From the NCBI GenBank assembly GCA_963762445.1, contig CAVXLA010000007.1, forward strand, positions 735-64,734: a stretch of DNA of 64,000 bases, in the 5' to 3' direction. How positions within the stretch are numbered: position 1 is the stretch's first letter; the number at the start of each line of letters is the position of its first letter. Under the pieces are notes generated by a model. That model was not told the origin of the DNA. It searched no databases and saw only the letters and a list, made by a program, of their open reading frames with translations. Below, piece by piece: positions 21,240-30,876 of this stretch. Origin of the DNA: an uncultured Chloroflexia bacterium. Lineage in GTDB: Bacteria; Chloroflexota; Limnocylindria; Limnocylindrales; CSP1-4. Position numbers and translations under genes: made by a program.

Positions 21240-21681
21240 CGCCGGGCCGCTGTACGCGGCCACGGACCGCAGCGAGCCGGACCACCGGCGGTGCGTCGAC
21301 GTCCTTCGACGGCGCGACCTCGAGCTCGTGATCCCAGTCTTGGCTCTGGCGGAGGCAGCGTACTTCGTTGGCAAGAGGCTGGGCCCGACCACGGAAAGCG
21401 CCTTCGTGCGGGGGCTCAGCGTCTTCGCCATCGAGTCGCCGGGCGTTGAGGACTGGCCGGTCATCGCTGACCTGGTCGAGCGCTACGCGGACCTGCGGCT
21501 CGGCACGACGGACGCGGCAACGATCGTTCTCGCGGACCGCCTCGAGACCGACCTCATCGTGACCCTCGATCGCCGCCATTTCGGTGCGATCCAGTCGCCG
21601 CAGGGCCGGCGCTTCCGCCTGCTTCCGGAGCTCCCCGCGGTCCACGAGGAGCCGGCGTCGTACGAGGCGGCGCAGGAGTGA
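21217..21681 (+). CDS. vapC: VapC/PIN toxin
   Basis: ILDAGPL, LAEAAY, LGTTDA, TLDRRHF. Confidence 0.88.
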   Translation: MRSVAILDAGPLYAATDRSEPDHRRCVDVLRRRDLELVIPVLALAEAAYFVGKRLGPTTESAFVRGLSVFAIESPGVEDWPVIADLVERYADLRLGTTDAATIVLADRLETDLIVTLDRRHFGAIQSPQGRRFRLLPELPAVHEEPASYEAAQE

Positions 21682-24600
21682 AGCCCGACGAGCGCGGCTT
21701 CGAGGACGCCATCACCGCCTCGCTGGTCGAGGCCGGCGGATACCGCGTCTGCAAGTGGGGGACGAAGCCCGAGTGGGCGGGCGACTTCAACCCGAAGCTG
21801 GGCCTCGACACGGCGGAGCTGCTCGGCGTTCATCGCGGAGACCCAGCCGACGGCCTGGAAGCGTCTCCTCGAGGTCCACGGCGGCGCCGGACGGCGTCCT
21901 CGCAGCAGTTCGGCGACCGCCTCGCCAAGCAGCTCGACGAGCGCGGCGCGGTGGATGTCCTCCGCCACGGCGTCAACGACCACGGGATCGAGGTCCGCCT
22001 CGCGTTCTTCAAGCCCGCCCACGGCCTGACGCCCGAGCTGACCGAGCGGTATCTCGCCAACCGCCTGACCGTCACCCGCCAGCTCCCCTACGAGGCCGGC
22101 GCGGCGAAGACGCTCGACCTGTGCCTGTTCGTCAACGGCATCCCGGTCGCGACCGCCGAGCTGAAGAACCCGCTGACCCACCAGACCGTCGAGCACGCGA
22201 AGAAGCAGTACCGCGAGGACCGGGACCCGGCGAACGTGACCCTCGGGCGGCGGGCGCTCGTCCACTTCGCGGTCGATCCCGAACCTCGTCGAGATGACGA
22301 CCAGGCTCGAGGGCCTCAGGACCCGGTTCCTGCCCTTCAACCGTGGCGACGCGGGCGGCAAGGGCAACGCCCCCGACCCGACCGGCCACCGGACCCGCTA
22401 CCTGTGGGAGGAGATCTGGGCGCGGGACGCCTGGCTCGACCTCCTGGGCCGCTTCGTCCACGTCGTGCCGGGCGAGGGGCCGACCCACGCGGCGAAGCTC
22501 AAGGCGGGCTCGGTCATCTTCCCCCGCTACCACCAGTGGGACGCCGTCCGCCGGCTCGAGGCGACCGCCCGCGCCGAGGGTCCCGGCCACTCGTACCTCG
22601 TCCAGCACTCGGCGGGCTCGGGCAAGAGCAACACCATCGCCTGGCTCGCCCACCGCCTCATGTCGCTCCACGGGACCGACGAGCGGCCCGTCTTCGACAA
22701 GGTCGTCGTCATCACCGACCGGGTGATCCTCGACCGCCAGCTCCAGGAGACGATCTACCAGTTCGAGCATGCGACCGGGCGTCGTCGCCCGGATCGACCA
22801 GGACAGCGCCCAGCTCGCGGAGGCGCTCGCCGGCGAGCAGAGCCGGATCGTCATCACGACCCTCCAGAAGTTCCCGTTCATCCTCGACAAGGTCACCGAC
22901 CTCGGGCAGCGCCGCTTCGCCGTCATCGTGGACGAGGCCCACTCCTCCCAGACCGGCGAGGCCGCCAAGGACCTCAAGGCCGCCCTCGGCGCGGCGTCCG
23001 CCGAGGCGCAGCTCGAAGCCGCCGAGGGCGCGGACGCGGCGGACGTGCCGCTGGACCCGCAGGACGCCCTGGCGGCGACCGTGGCGGCTCGTGGACGCCA
23101 GCCGAACCTCTCGTTCTTCGCCTTCACCGCGACCCCCAAGGCCCGGACGCTCGAGCTGTTCGGCCGGAAGAACGACGAGGGCAACTACGCCCCGTTCCAC
23201 CTCTACTCGATGCGCCAGGCCATCGAGGAGGGCTTCATCCTCGACGTCCTCGCCAACTACACGACCTACGCGACGTACTGGAAGGTCGGCAAGGCCGTCG
23301 CGGACGATCCCGAGTACGACATCCGCAAGGCGCGGCGCTCCATCGCCCGCTTCGTCTCCCTCCACCCCCACAACCTCGCCCAGAAGGCCGAGGTCATCGT
23401 CGAGCACTTCCGCGAGCACACCCGCCACAAGATCGGCGGGCGCGGCAAGGCGATGGTCGTCACCTCGTCCCGCCTGCACGCGGTCCGCTACAAGCAGGCC
23501 ATCGACGCCTACCTCCGCGAGAAGAGGTACGCCGACACGAAGGCCCTCGTGGCGTTCTCCGGGCGCGTCGATGACGCCGGTCTCGAGTTCACCGAGTCGG
23601 GCATGAACGGCTTCCCCGAGAGCCAGACGGCGGTGCGCTTCAACGAGCCCGCGTTCGGCGTCCTGATCGTGGCCGAGAAGTTCCAGACCGGGTACGACCA
23701 GCCGCTCCTCCACACGATGTTCGTGGACAAGACGCTCGTCGGGCTCGCCGCCGTCCAGACCCTCTCGCGGCTCAACCGGATCCACCCCGAGAAGACCGAC
23801 ACCTTCGTCCTCGACTTCCGCAACGAGGCCGACGAGATCACCGAGGCGTTCAAGCCCTGGTACGAGACGACGGTCGCCGTCCCGACCGACCCGAACCTCC
23901 TCTACGACCTCGCCGACCGGCTGCTCGCGCTCCAGGTCCTCGACGACGCGGAGGCGCGGGCGGTCGCCGCGATCATCGCGGACCGGACGAAGAAGGTCGG
24001 CGATCACGGCCTGGTCCACGCGCTGCTCGCTCCCGCCGTCGAGCGGTTCAAGGCGAAGTCGCCCGACGAGCAGGTCGAGGTCCGCGACGCGCTCGACCAG
24101 TACGTCCGCGCCTACTCGTTCCTGTCCCAGGTCGTGGACTTCGGCGATGTCGCGCTCGAGGCCCTCTACCTCGCGAGCCGAGCCCTGATCGCCCTGCTGC
24201 CGGCGGACGGCGGAGGCCGGCTCGACCTCGGGTCGGACGTGGAGCTGACCCACCTGCGCCTCGAGAAGACGAGCGAGGGCGACATCGGCCCGGACCACGG
24301 AGTCGGGGAGCTGAAGGCGATCTACTCGGGCCGGGGCAAGGAGGCCGAGGAGGAGAAGGAGCACCTCTCGGCCATCATCGCGGTCCTCAACGAGCGGTTC
24401 GGCCTCCAGCTCGGCACCGCCGACCAGCTCTTCTTCGACCAGATGGAGGCGACCTGGCTCGGCGACGAGCAGCTCGTCGCCCAGGCCCGCGCCAACCCCA
24501 TCGAGAACTTCCGCCTGGTCTTCGCCGACCGCTTCATCAAGAGCATCGTCGAGCGCATGGACGACAACGCCGACATCTTCCGCCAGATCCTCGACGAGCC

Positions 24601-24688
24601 GGCCTTCCAGGCGGTGGTGATGGACCACTACCTCCAGCGGGTCTTCGAGCGGGCGCGGCTGCCTGGGCCGGAGAGGGCCGGGGCGTAG
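21678..24688 (+). CDS. hsdR: Type I R-M restriction subunit; frameshifts near 21830/21895, 22283 and 22778
   Basis: DLCLFVNGIPVATAELK nuclease motif, HSAGSGKS, DEAH, TATP, QTLSRLNR. Confidence 0.92.
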
Positions 24689-24758
24689 CAGCCGCCTCAG
24701 AGCGTCGCGAACCAGGGCAGATGTGACGCAAACGGTCATGCGGAGAAGCTCTTGTCGG

Positions 24759-25658
24759 CTACCCGCGGCTCGGGAGTCTCAACCAGTAGACGAAGTCCAC
24801 GAGCCATCGGTCAAACGCGTATGCAAACTCGTCACCGGTGGCGCCGACGTTGGGAATCGGCATGCCTTCGGTCGACATCCGGTCGACAAGGGAGTCGACG
24901 AGCCGGCGCGCCTCTATGGCGCGGACCGTCGTCGACAGGCCCTCGCGCCCGAGGAATCGATGGACTTCGAGCGCAACGCCAAACCGGCTGACCCAATCGG
25001 GCTGAGCGACTGGCGGTTGGAGGCCCGGCAGAATCGGAACCTTGGGCGGCAGGACGAAGCGTCGCTCGTTCCCCACGGATCGTGCCGTCACCAGCCCCGC
25101 CAGAAGGAGCGCATCCAGGGCGGACGCGACGTTCGGCTTCGTGAATCGGGTGACTCGGGCAAGATCGGCGGCGTTGAGGCCTCCGGGCGAGGTGGCCAGT
25201 AGCGCGGCGAGGACATCCGCCCGTGCGTTCACACCGAACGCCGCACGAAGCCGGATGCGCAGCCGTGCCCGTGGTTCCGCCGAGTCCAGTCGGGCCTTTT
25301 CGCGCCGGACGTAGTCTGGCCGGGGTCGCGTCGCCGTCGGCCATGATGGACCGCCCGCTGCTGCGACCGTGGCGACGTACTCACCGATGGCGCCGCTTGG
25401 TGTCCCGAGCTCCCGAACGACCTGCTTGAGCCGGGACCCGTTGACATATCGACCGTACGCGACGCACCAGTCCGTGCTGAGGTCCCGGAGTCGTGCGTCG
25501 GCGTCGCCCAGTTCGGCGGTGAGGGCGATGAGGGCCTCCGGATCCACCACGGCGTCGTCGCGCTCTCCGACCGCGTCGACACCGAGCGCGATCCATTGGA
25601 TCCAGGCTCGGCTGAGAAGTGCTCCACGGAGGGAGCTAGCCGAGGGATGCATCGCCAT
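24759..25658 (-). CDS. Hypothetical protein with C-terminal winged HTH (putative antitoxin/regulator)
   Basis: ARADVLAALL...LNAADLARVTRFTKPNVASALDALLLAGLV; overlaps the 3' end of the upstream NTase gene. Confidence 0.7.
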   Translation of the reverse strand: MAMHPSASSLRGALLSRAWIQWIALGVDAVGERDDAVVDPEALIALTAELGDADARLRDLSTDWCVAYGRYVNGSRLKQVVRELGTPSGAIGEYVATVAAAGGPSWPTATRPRPDYVRREKARLDSAEPRARLRIRLRAAFGVNARADVLAALLATSPGGLNAADLARVTRFTKPNVASALDALLLAGLVTARSVGNERRFVLPPKVPILPGLQPPVAQPDWVSRFGVALEVHRFLGREGLSTTVRAIEARRLVDSLVDRMSTEGMPIPNVGATGDEFAYAFDRWLVDFVYWLRLPSRG

Positions 25659-26226
25659 CGTCCACGCCGAGACCGCGAAGCGTATCGACCAGCAGGCTCC
25701 GGAAGCCAGGCGAGGGGTCGTGGCTCCTCGCCCAGCGGGCAGCCTTGAGGAGATCGTCTCGTCCCGGCTGCAGATCGCGGAGGTCTTGGAGGTGCCGGCT
25801 CCGCGGGCCCTGATCGACGGCCGCGTAGAGCTTGAAACACACCATGTCGAACCAGCCCGCGAGCCACGCCACGACCCCGCCGAAGTCCCGGCGTTCGAGG
25901 CGATCGAGGAACCCATCCGGAAGGCCGAGGTCGAGCAGGGAGTCGGGTCCGGCGTTGAGCCAGTCGGTCGCTAGTCCGAATGCGCGGCCGACATCGATGA
26001 CGGCGTCGCGCAGCGGCTCCGGCATCGGGCGAATCGGCCTGATGCCGTCGGGTGTCCACTCGCCGAGGACGTCGAGGTCCTTGGTGGTCGGGCGCTCGAT
26101 GAGCCCGCGCAGGATGAGGTTGCCACCACCCACGATAACGACGTCGTAGTGGACCCCACGGGCCGCCAGCAACTCGCCAAGGGCGCTCAGCGCCCCCTCG
26201 AGCTGCGCCCTGCCGATCGTATCCAT
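25636..26226 (-). CDS. DUF6036/AbiEii-like nucleotidyltransferase
   Basis: VVIVGGG...RPTTKDLDV Pol-beta motif, WLNAGP, FKLYAAVD, HLQDL. Confidence 0.8.
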   Translation of the reverse strand: MDTIGRAQLEGALSALGELLAARGVHYDVVIVGGGNLILRGLIERPTTKDLDVLGEWTPDGIRPIRPMPEPLRDAVIDVGRAFGLATDWLNAGPDSLLDLGLPDGFLDRLERRDFGGVVAWLAGWFDMVCFKLYAAVDQGPRSRHLQDLRDLQPGRDDLLKAARWARSHDPSPGFRSLLVDTLRGLGVDDGDASLG

Positions 26227-26518
26227 ACGCTGACGATACGTCGCCTTGTGGGAAGAGTCAACCTATCGACTCGATAAACTGATACTTACTGGTGGGCCCA
26301 GTATCACGAGCTGCTGTCCAAGAGACAGCAGGTCCTCGAGGCGAGCCTTCGCGCCTGCCACTGGATCCTCGGCGGATCGGAACCCGTGCACGAGGGCTCA
26401 ACGATCTTGTCCAGTTGGCAGGTCTTCGCGGGCCTTCGAGCGCTGTGGCGAGGCCGGCGGTGCCACGAACGGGGGACCCGCACAGATAGCAGGTCTTCCC
26501 ACGCACGAATCGAAGGAG

Positions 26519-26593
26519 TGGAGCCGACACTCGGATTCGAACCGAGGACCTGCTGTTTACGAAACAGCTGCTCTACCGCTGAGCTATGTCGGC
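26519..26593 (-). tRNA. tRNA-Thr(CGT)
   Basis: GCCGACA...TGTCGGC-TCCA cloverleaf, anticodon loop TTCGTAA, GGTTCGAATCC T arm, encoded CCA. Confidence 0.97.
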
Positions 26594-26715
26594 GCGGTGG
26601 CGAATCTACCACGGCTCTCGGTGCCGGGCGGGAGTGGGCGCCAGGTCAGGGTCGAGGGCGGGCCGGGGTAGGCGAAGCCCGGCCGGGCTCGGCGCCGCCG
26701 GGCTCGGGGCTGCCG

Positions 26716-26856
26716 TCAGGACGGGATCTTCTCCACGGTGGTGATGGCGAACTTGCCGACGGCGTAGGCGATCTCGAGGGCAACGGCGGCGGCGGCGACG
26801 ATGAAGGCGAGAGCCGCCACGACCCGCGGATCGACGCCTCGACCATGCTTGCTCAC
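26716..26856 (-). CDS. Small single-TM protein (46 aa)
   Basis: Manual translation MSKHGRGVDPRVVAALAFIVAAAAVALEIAYAVGKFAITTVEKIPS; GC3-rich codons; below the ORF-track cutoff. Confidence 0.55.
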   Translation of the reverse strand: MSKHGRGVDPRVVAALAFIVAAAAVALEIAYAVGKFAITTVEKIPS

Positions 26857-26977
26857 GGCGATTCGACCACCTTCAGCTGCCACGGGCCGGCGCGCTGGCG
26901 CAACACAGGGCCCCGCGAAGGATCGCCGGTCGACGGGCAGCCGCGATACCAGCCGGTGGTACTACCCGGGCGGCCGC

Positions 26978-29900
26978 TCACGGTCGGATGCCAAGCCGGG
27001 CGTCAATGGCTGCGGCCTCGGCGGTCTCGGCGGCCGTTGCCGCGCCGTGGCGGGCGAGGAGCCGGATCACGCGCGACATCCACCAGGGAGCCCCGGCCTC
27101 CCGGGCGTGCCCGAGAGCGTGGCGGGCGTAGGTGGCCCCGCCGTCGGGCGCCGCCGTGCCGTCGGGCGCGGCGGCGCCCGCCAGCCACGAGGCGATGAGC
27201 GCGCGCGAGGCCAGGGCGAGGGCCCGGCTCCCTTCAGCACCGACTGCCGGCAGGAGCTCGACCATCCGGCGCGCCAGGTCGACCTGTCCGCCGGCGATCG
27301 CCCCCTCCATGATCCGCTCGACCGCCGCCAGCCACTCCGGCGAGTCGTCGTCGATCGCGAGACCGGCGAGGAGGGTCTCGTCGTCGAGGGCCGGCGGGTC
27401 GCCGAGCCCGGCGTCGGCCAGGCGCAGGTCCACCCCCGCATGTTGGACGGTGCCGTACGGGCTGTGGGGGAACGAGGCCTCGTGCTCGGCGAACCACGCC
27501 GCGGCCCACTCCAGCGTCGCTCGGTCGCCCCGCGCGGCGGCCATCGGGGTCACGGCGAACCACGTCCGGACGGCAGCCCGGTCGTAGCGGAGGCGGACAG
27601 CGAGCTGGAGCCCGGCGCGAGCCGCGGCGACGCCCGCCTCCCAGTCGCCGCCCCTCAGCGCGGCGCTCGCGCGGATGAGCCCGATCCAGCAGAGCCGTTC
27701 GCTCAGGCCGCGGGCCTCGGCCGTGGCCTCGGCCTCGTCGAGGAGCCTCGCCGCCGCGCTCGGGTCCTGGGCGGCGATGAGCTCCGAGGCGGCCGACAGC
27801 GCCCCCGCGGCCTCGCTCCAGCGGCCGAGCGCGCGCGCCTCCTCGGCGAGGGCGGACCACTCGTCGGCGGTCTCGCTGCCCAGGTTCGCCGCGAAGGCGA
27901 GCCGGAGCCGCCGGGCCTCGAACGCGAGCAGCGGGTCACCGGTCGCAACGGCGGCCTCCAGGACGCGCTCCGACTCCCGGTAGACCGCGGTGTAGTCGTT
28001 CGAGACCCCCTCGATCCCCCGCAGGCGGGCGAGGTGGAGCGGCACCGCCTCCGGCAGGTCGTCGCCGACCACGGCCAGCGCCGCGTCGGCGACGGCGAGA
28101 GCCTCGGCGAAGCGAATCTGCTCGTAGCGGGCGCGCGCCAGCCCGGCCGAGGCGAGGGCGAGCTCCCGCCGGGCGCCCGTGGCAGCCGCCGGGGGCGCGC
28201 CGGGGGCGTCGAGGGCCTGACGGGCCAGCTCCGCCGCGGTCCCGAAGGCGGCTGCAGCCTCCTCGAGGTCGCCTGTGCCGGCGATCGCCTCGCCGTTTCG
28301 CCGGTGGCGTCGGGCGCGGTCGACGCCTTCCGTCGATCCGGTCAACCCGGCCGATCGTCGAAAGAGCTCAGCCGCTCCCGCCCGGGCCCCGCGCTCGAGC
28401 GCGCGATCGCCGGCGGTCTCCAGCCACCCGGCGGCCAGCGACGCGGCCGTCGCCCGATCCAGCCCGCCGGCGACCGCCGCCGCGAGGGCCGGCGCTTCCG
28501 CCACCGCATCCGCGTAGTGACCGCCGATGACTGCGGCGAGCTCGCCCGCGAGGTCACCCGCCATCTCCTCGAGCCAGCGCGCCGTCCGCACGTGCAGGTC
28601 GGCCCGCTCGGCCCGCCCCAGGCTCGCGTATCCCGCGTCCCGGAGGAGCGCATGGCGGAAGGCGAGCTCGTCGCCGACGAGCTGGGCCTGGACCGGCGGG
28701 CCGACGATCCCGCGCCGGCCGAGCGCGGCCACGGCGTCGGGCGCGGCGTCGATGCCGAGGGTCGGCAGGACGTCGACCGGGAAGCGGCGACCGCAGACCG
28801 AACCCCGCCGGGCGGCCTGGCGCGCCGTCCCGGGCAGGTCGTCGAGCTGCGCGGCGTAGACCGCCTGGACGGTGGGCGGCAGGGGCACCTCGTCGGGATC
28901 GACCGCCAGCCGGACGCCGCCCGCGCCCGTCTCGACGAGGATCCCGGCACCGACCCAGGCCCGCAGGATTTCCTCGATGAACAGGCAGTTGCCGTCGGAC
29001 CGGGCGACGATCTGCTCGGCGAGGGCGGCGGGCAGGGCGGACCCGGTGAGCTCGTCGACGAGGGCCCGGGCGTCGGTCCCGTCGAGCGTCGGCAGCTCGA
29101 TCCGCTCCCAGCCGTCGGCGAACGCGCCGGTTTCGAGGACGCTCGGGCGGGCCGTCGCGATGACGAGCCGGCCCGACGCCGGGGACCGATTCCCGGCCGT
29201 TTGCAGCGGCACGTCGCCCGCCGCCTCGAAAAAGGCGAGCACGTCGCGGCCTGCCCAATGGAGGTCCTCAAGGATCCAGGCCTGCGGCGTTCGCGCGGCG
29301 AGCGCCTCGAGCGCCTGGAGCCAGCCGAGGAAGAGGCTGGCGCGATCGGTGGTCGCGGGCGCGGGAGGGGCCGGGGCCGAGCCGGGCTGTGCCGCGAGCA
29401 GGCCCCTGACGTTCTCGACGACCGTCTCCGCCCGACCCGCCGAGACGCCTGACGCGACGAGGGCGGCCCGCAGCCGCTCGAGGCGGTCACCCGGTGCCGG
29501 CTTCTTCCCGCCCGTACCGCCGTCGAGGGCGGCCGCGACCAGCCGGGCGATCGGCGCGAACGGCGCCCCGGGCTCCGCGGTGACCCGGACCCGGAGCACC
29601 GACCAGCCCGCTGACGGGTGGGGCGACGCCGCGTCGGGGAAAGAGGTGTGCTCGAGCGTCGCCGCGAACTCCTCGACCAGGCGCGTCTTGCCGACGCCGG
29701 GAGGTGCGAGCAGGAGCACCCGCGGTGCCTCGCCGTCCGCGGCGCGCACGGCGGCCGAGCGAAGCGCCGCGAGCTCCGTTGAGCGCCCCATGAGCGGGGA
29801 TCGCAGGCGGCCCATCGCCAGCTCGCGGGAGGGCTCGCTGCGGAGCGCGATGGCACGAGAAGCGCGGACGGGCTCGGCCTTGCCCTTGAGGACGAGGGGG

Positions 29901-30412
29901 GCGAGCGGCTCGAGCTGGACGGCGCCGGCGACGGCCAGGGCGGTCACCTCGCCGACGAACATCGCCCCCGGCTCCGCGGCGGCCTGCAGCCGAGCCGCCA
30001 CGTTCACCACGTCGCCGCTCAGCCGTCCCTCGTCAGGGCCGCCCACGGCGACGACGACCTCGCCCGTGTTGACGCCGACGCGCAGCCGGAGCTCCTCGGC
30101 GTCGAGGCCGAGCCGCGCGCCGAGGTCGCCGATCGCGTTCAGGAGCGCGAAGCCAGCCGACACGGCGCGCACGGCGTCGTCGTCCGCCGTTCGCGGCACC
30201 CCGAACGCCGCCATCGCCGCGTCGCCGATGAACTTCTCGAGGCGGCCGCGGTACCGCCCGACCACGTCCCGGACGGCCGCGAAGTAGGCGTCCTGGACGA
30301 TCGCGAGGTCGTCGGGGTCCAGGCGCTCCGCGAGCGAGGTGAACCCGACGAGGTCGGCGAACAGGACGGTGACGATCCGTCGTTCGGGTCCGGCGATGGG
30401 CTGCGACTCCAC
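26978..30412 (-). CDS. Adenylate/guanylate cyclase + STAND AAA ATPase + helical repeats
   Basis: VLFADLVGFT, KFIGDA, NVAARLQ; APPGVGKT; LEDLHWA; GNCLFIEE. Confidence 0.9.
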   Translation of the reverse strand: MESQPIAGPERRIVTVLFADLVGFTSLAERLDPDDLAIVQDAYFAAVRDVVGRYRGRLEKFIGDAAMAAFGVPRTADDDAVRAVSAGFALLNAIGDLGARLGLDAEELRLRVGVNTGEVVVAVGGPDEGRLSGDVVNVAARLQAAAEPGAMFVGEVTALAVAGAVQLEPLAPLVLKGKAEPVRASRAIALRSEPSRELAMGRLRSPLMGRSTELAALRSAAVRAADGEAPRVLLLAPPGVGKTRLVEEFAATLEHTSFPDAASPHPSAGWSVLRVRVTAEPGAPFAPIARLVAAALDGGTGGKKPAPGDRLERLRAALVASGVSAGRAETVVENVRGLLAAQPGSAPAPPAPATTDRASLFLGWLQALEALAARTPQAWILEDLHWAGRDVLAFFEAAGDVPLQTAGNRSPASGRLVIATARPSVLETGAFADGWERIELPTLDGTDARALVDELTGSALPAALAEQIVARSDGNCLFIEEILRAWVGAGILVETGAGGVRLAVDPDEVPLPPTVQAVYAAQLDDLPGTARQAARRGSVCGRRFPVDVLPTLGIDAAPDAVAALGRRGIVGPPVQAQLVGDELAFRHALLRDAGYASLGRAERADLHVRTARWLEEMAGDLAGELAAVIGGHYADAVAEAPALAAAVAGGLDRATAASLAAGWLETAGDRALERGARAGAAELFRRSAGLTGSTEGVDRARRHRRNGEAIAGTGDLEEAAAAFGTAAELARQALDAPGAPPAAATGARRELALASAGLARARYEQIRFAEALAVADAALAVVGDDLPEAVPLHLARLRGIEGVSNDYTAVYRESERVLEAAVATGDPLLAFEARRLRLAFAANLGSETADEWSALAEEARALGRWSEAAGALSAASELIAAQDPSAAARLLDEAEATAEARGLSERLCWIGLIRASAALRGGDWEAGVAAARAGLQLAVRLRYDRAAVRTWFAVTPMAAARGDRATLEWAAAWFAEHEASFPHSPYGTVQHAGVDLRLADAGLGDPPALDDETLLAGLAIDDDSPEWLAAVERIMEGAIAGGQVDLARRMVELLPAVGAEGSRALALASRALIASWLAGAAAPDGTAAPDGGATYARHALGHAREAGAPWWMSRVIRLLARHGAATAAETAEAAAIDARLGIRP

Positions 30413-30464
30413 GCCGGGACTGTAGCGGCGCCCATGCCGCGCGTCGATGGCCGCGAAAAGGGGC

Positions 30465-30509
30465 TTGACACCGCCGCGCCGGGGCCGTATATATCGCGCC
30501 ACGATATAT
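30465..30509 (+). promoter_or_regulatory. Sigma70 promoter with palindromic PadR-type operator
   Basis: TTGACA-17 bp-TATATA; ATATATCG-N5-CGATATAT at 30489-30509. Confidence 0.7.
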
Positions 30510-30536
30510 CGTCAAGCGTACGAAAGGTCATCTGCC

Positions 30537-30860
30537 ATGGTCGCCCCGCTTCCCGAGCTCGGGCGGTTCGCCGAGCCGGCACTCCTCATCCTGGTCAGCC
30601 TCAGCGACGGCCCCAAGCACGGCTACGCGATCATGGCCGACGTCGAGCAGGGAACCGGCCGGCCGATGGGTCCCGGGACCCTGTATGCCGCGCTGGCCCG
30701 CCTCGAGGAGCGCGGCTTCGTCGAGGCGCTCCCGCCGGTGGACCGGCGGCGGCCATACCGCCTGACGGCCCTCGGCGCCACCACGGTGGCCGAGCAGCTC
30801 CGCGAGCTCTCGGCGTTCGCCGAGCTGGGTCTGCGCCGGCTCGGGCAGTCACCAGGCTGA
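30537..30860 (+). CDS. PadR family regulator
   Basis: GPKHGYAI, GPGTLYAALARLEERG, RRPYRLT. Confidence 0.9.
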   Translation: MVAPLPELGRFAEPALLILVSLSDGPKHGYAIMADVEQGTGRPMGPGTLYAALARLEERGFVEALPPVDRRRPYRLTALGATTVAEQLRELSAFAELGLRRLGQSPG

Positions 30861-30876
30861 CAGGGCGACGCGTCCC

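Noticed and set aside
26410-26500. Cobalamin riboswitch (GAAGACCTGCC on the minus strand)
   Set aside because: Lacks the GGGAA/GGTG-AAATCC/GCCACTG core, and the downstream genes are unrelated
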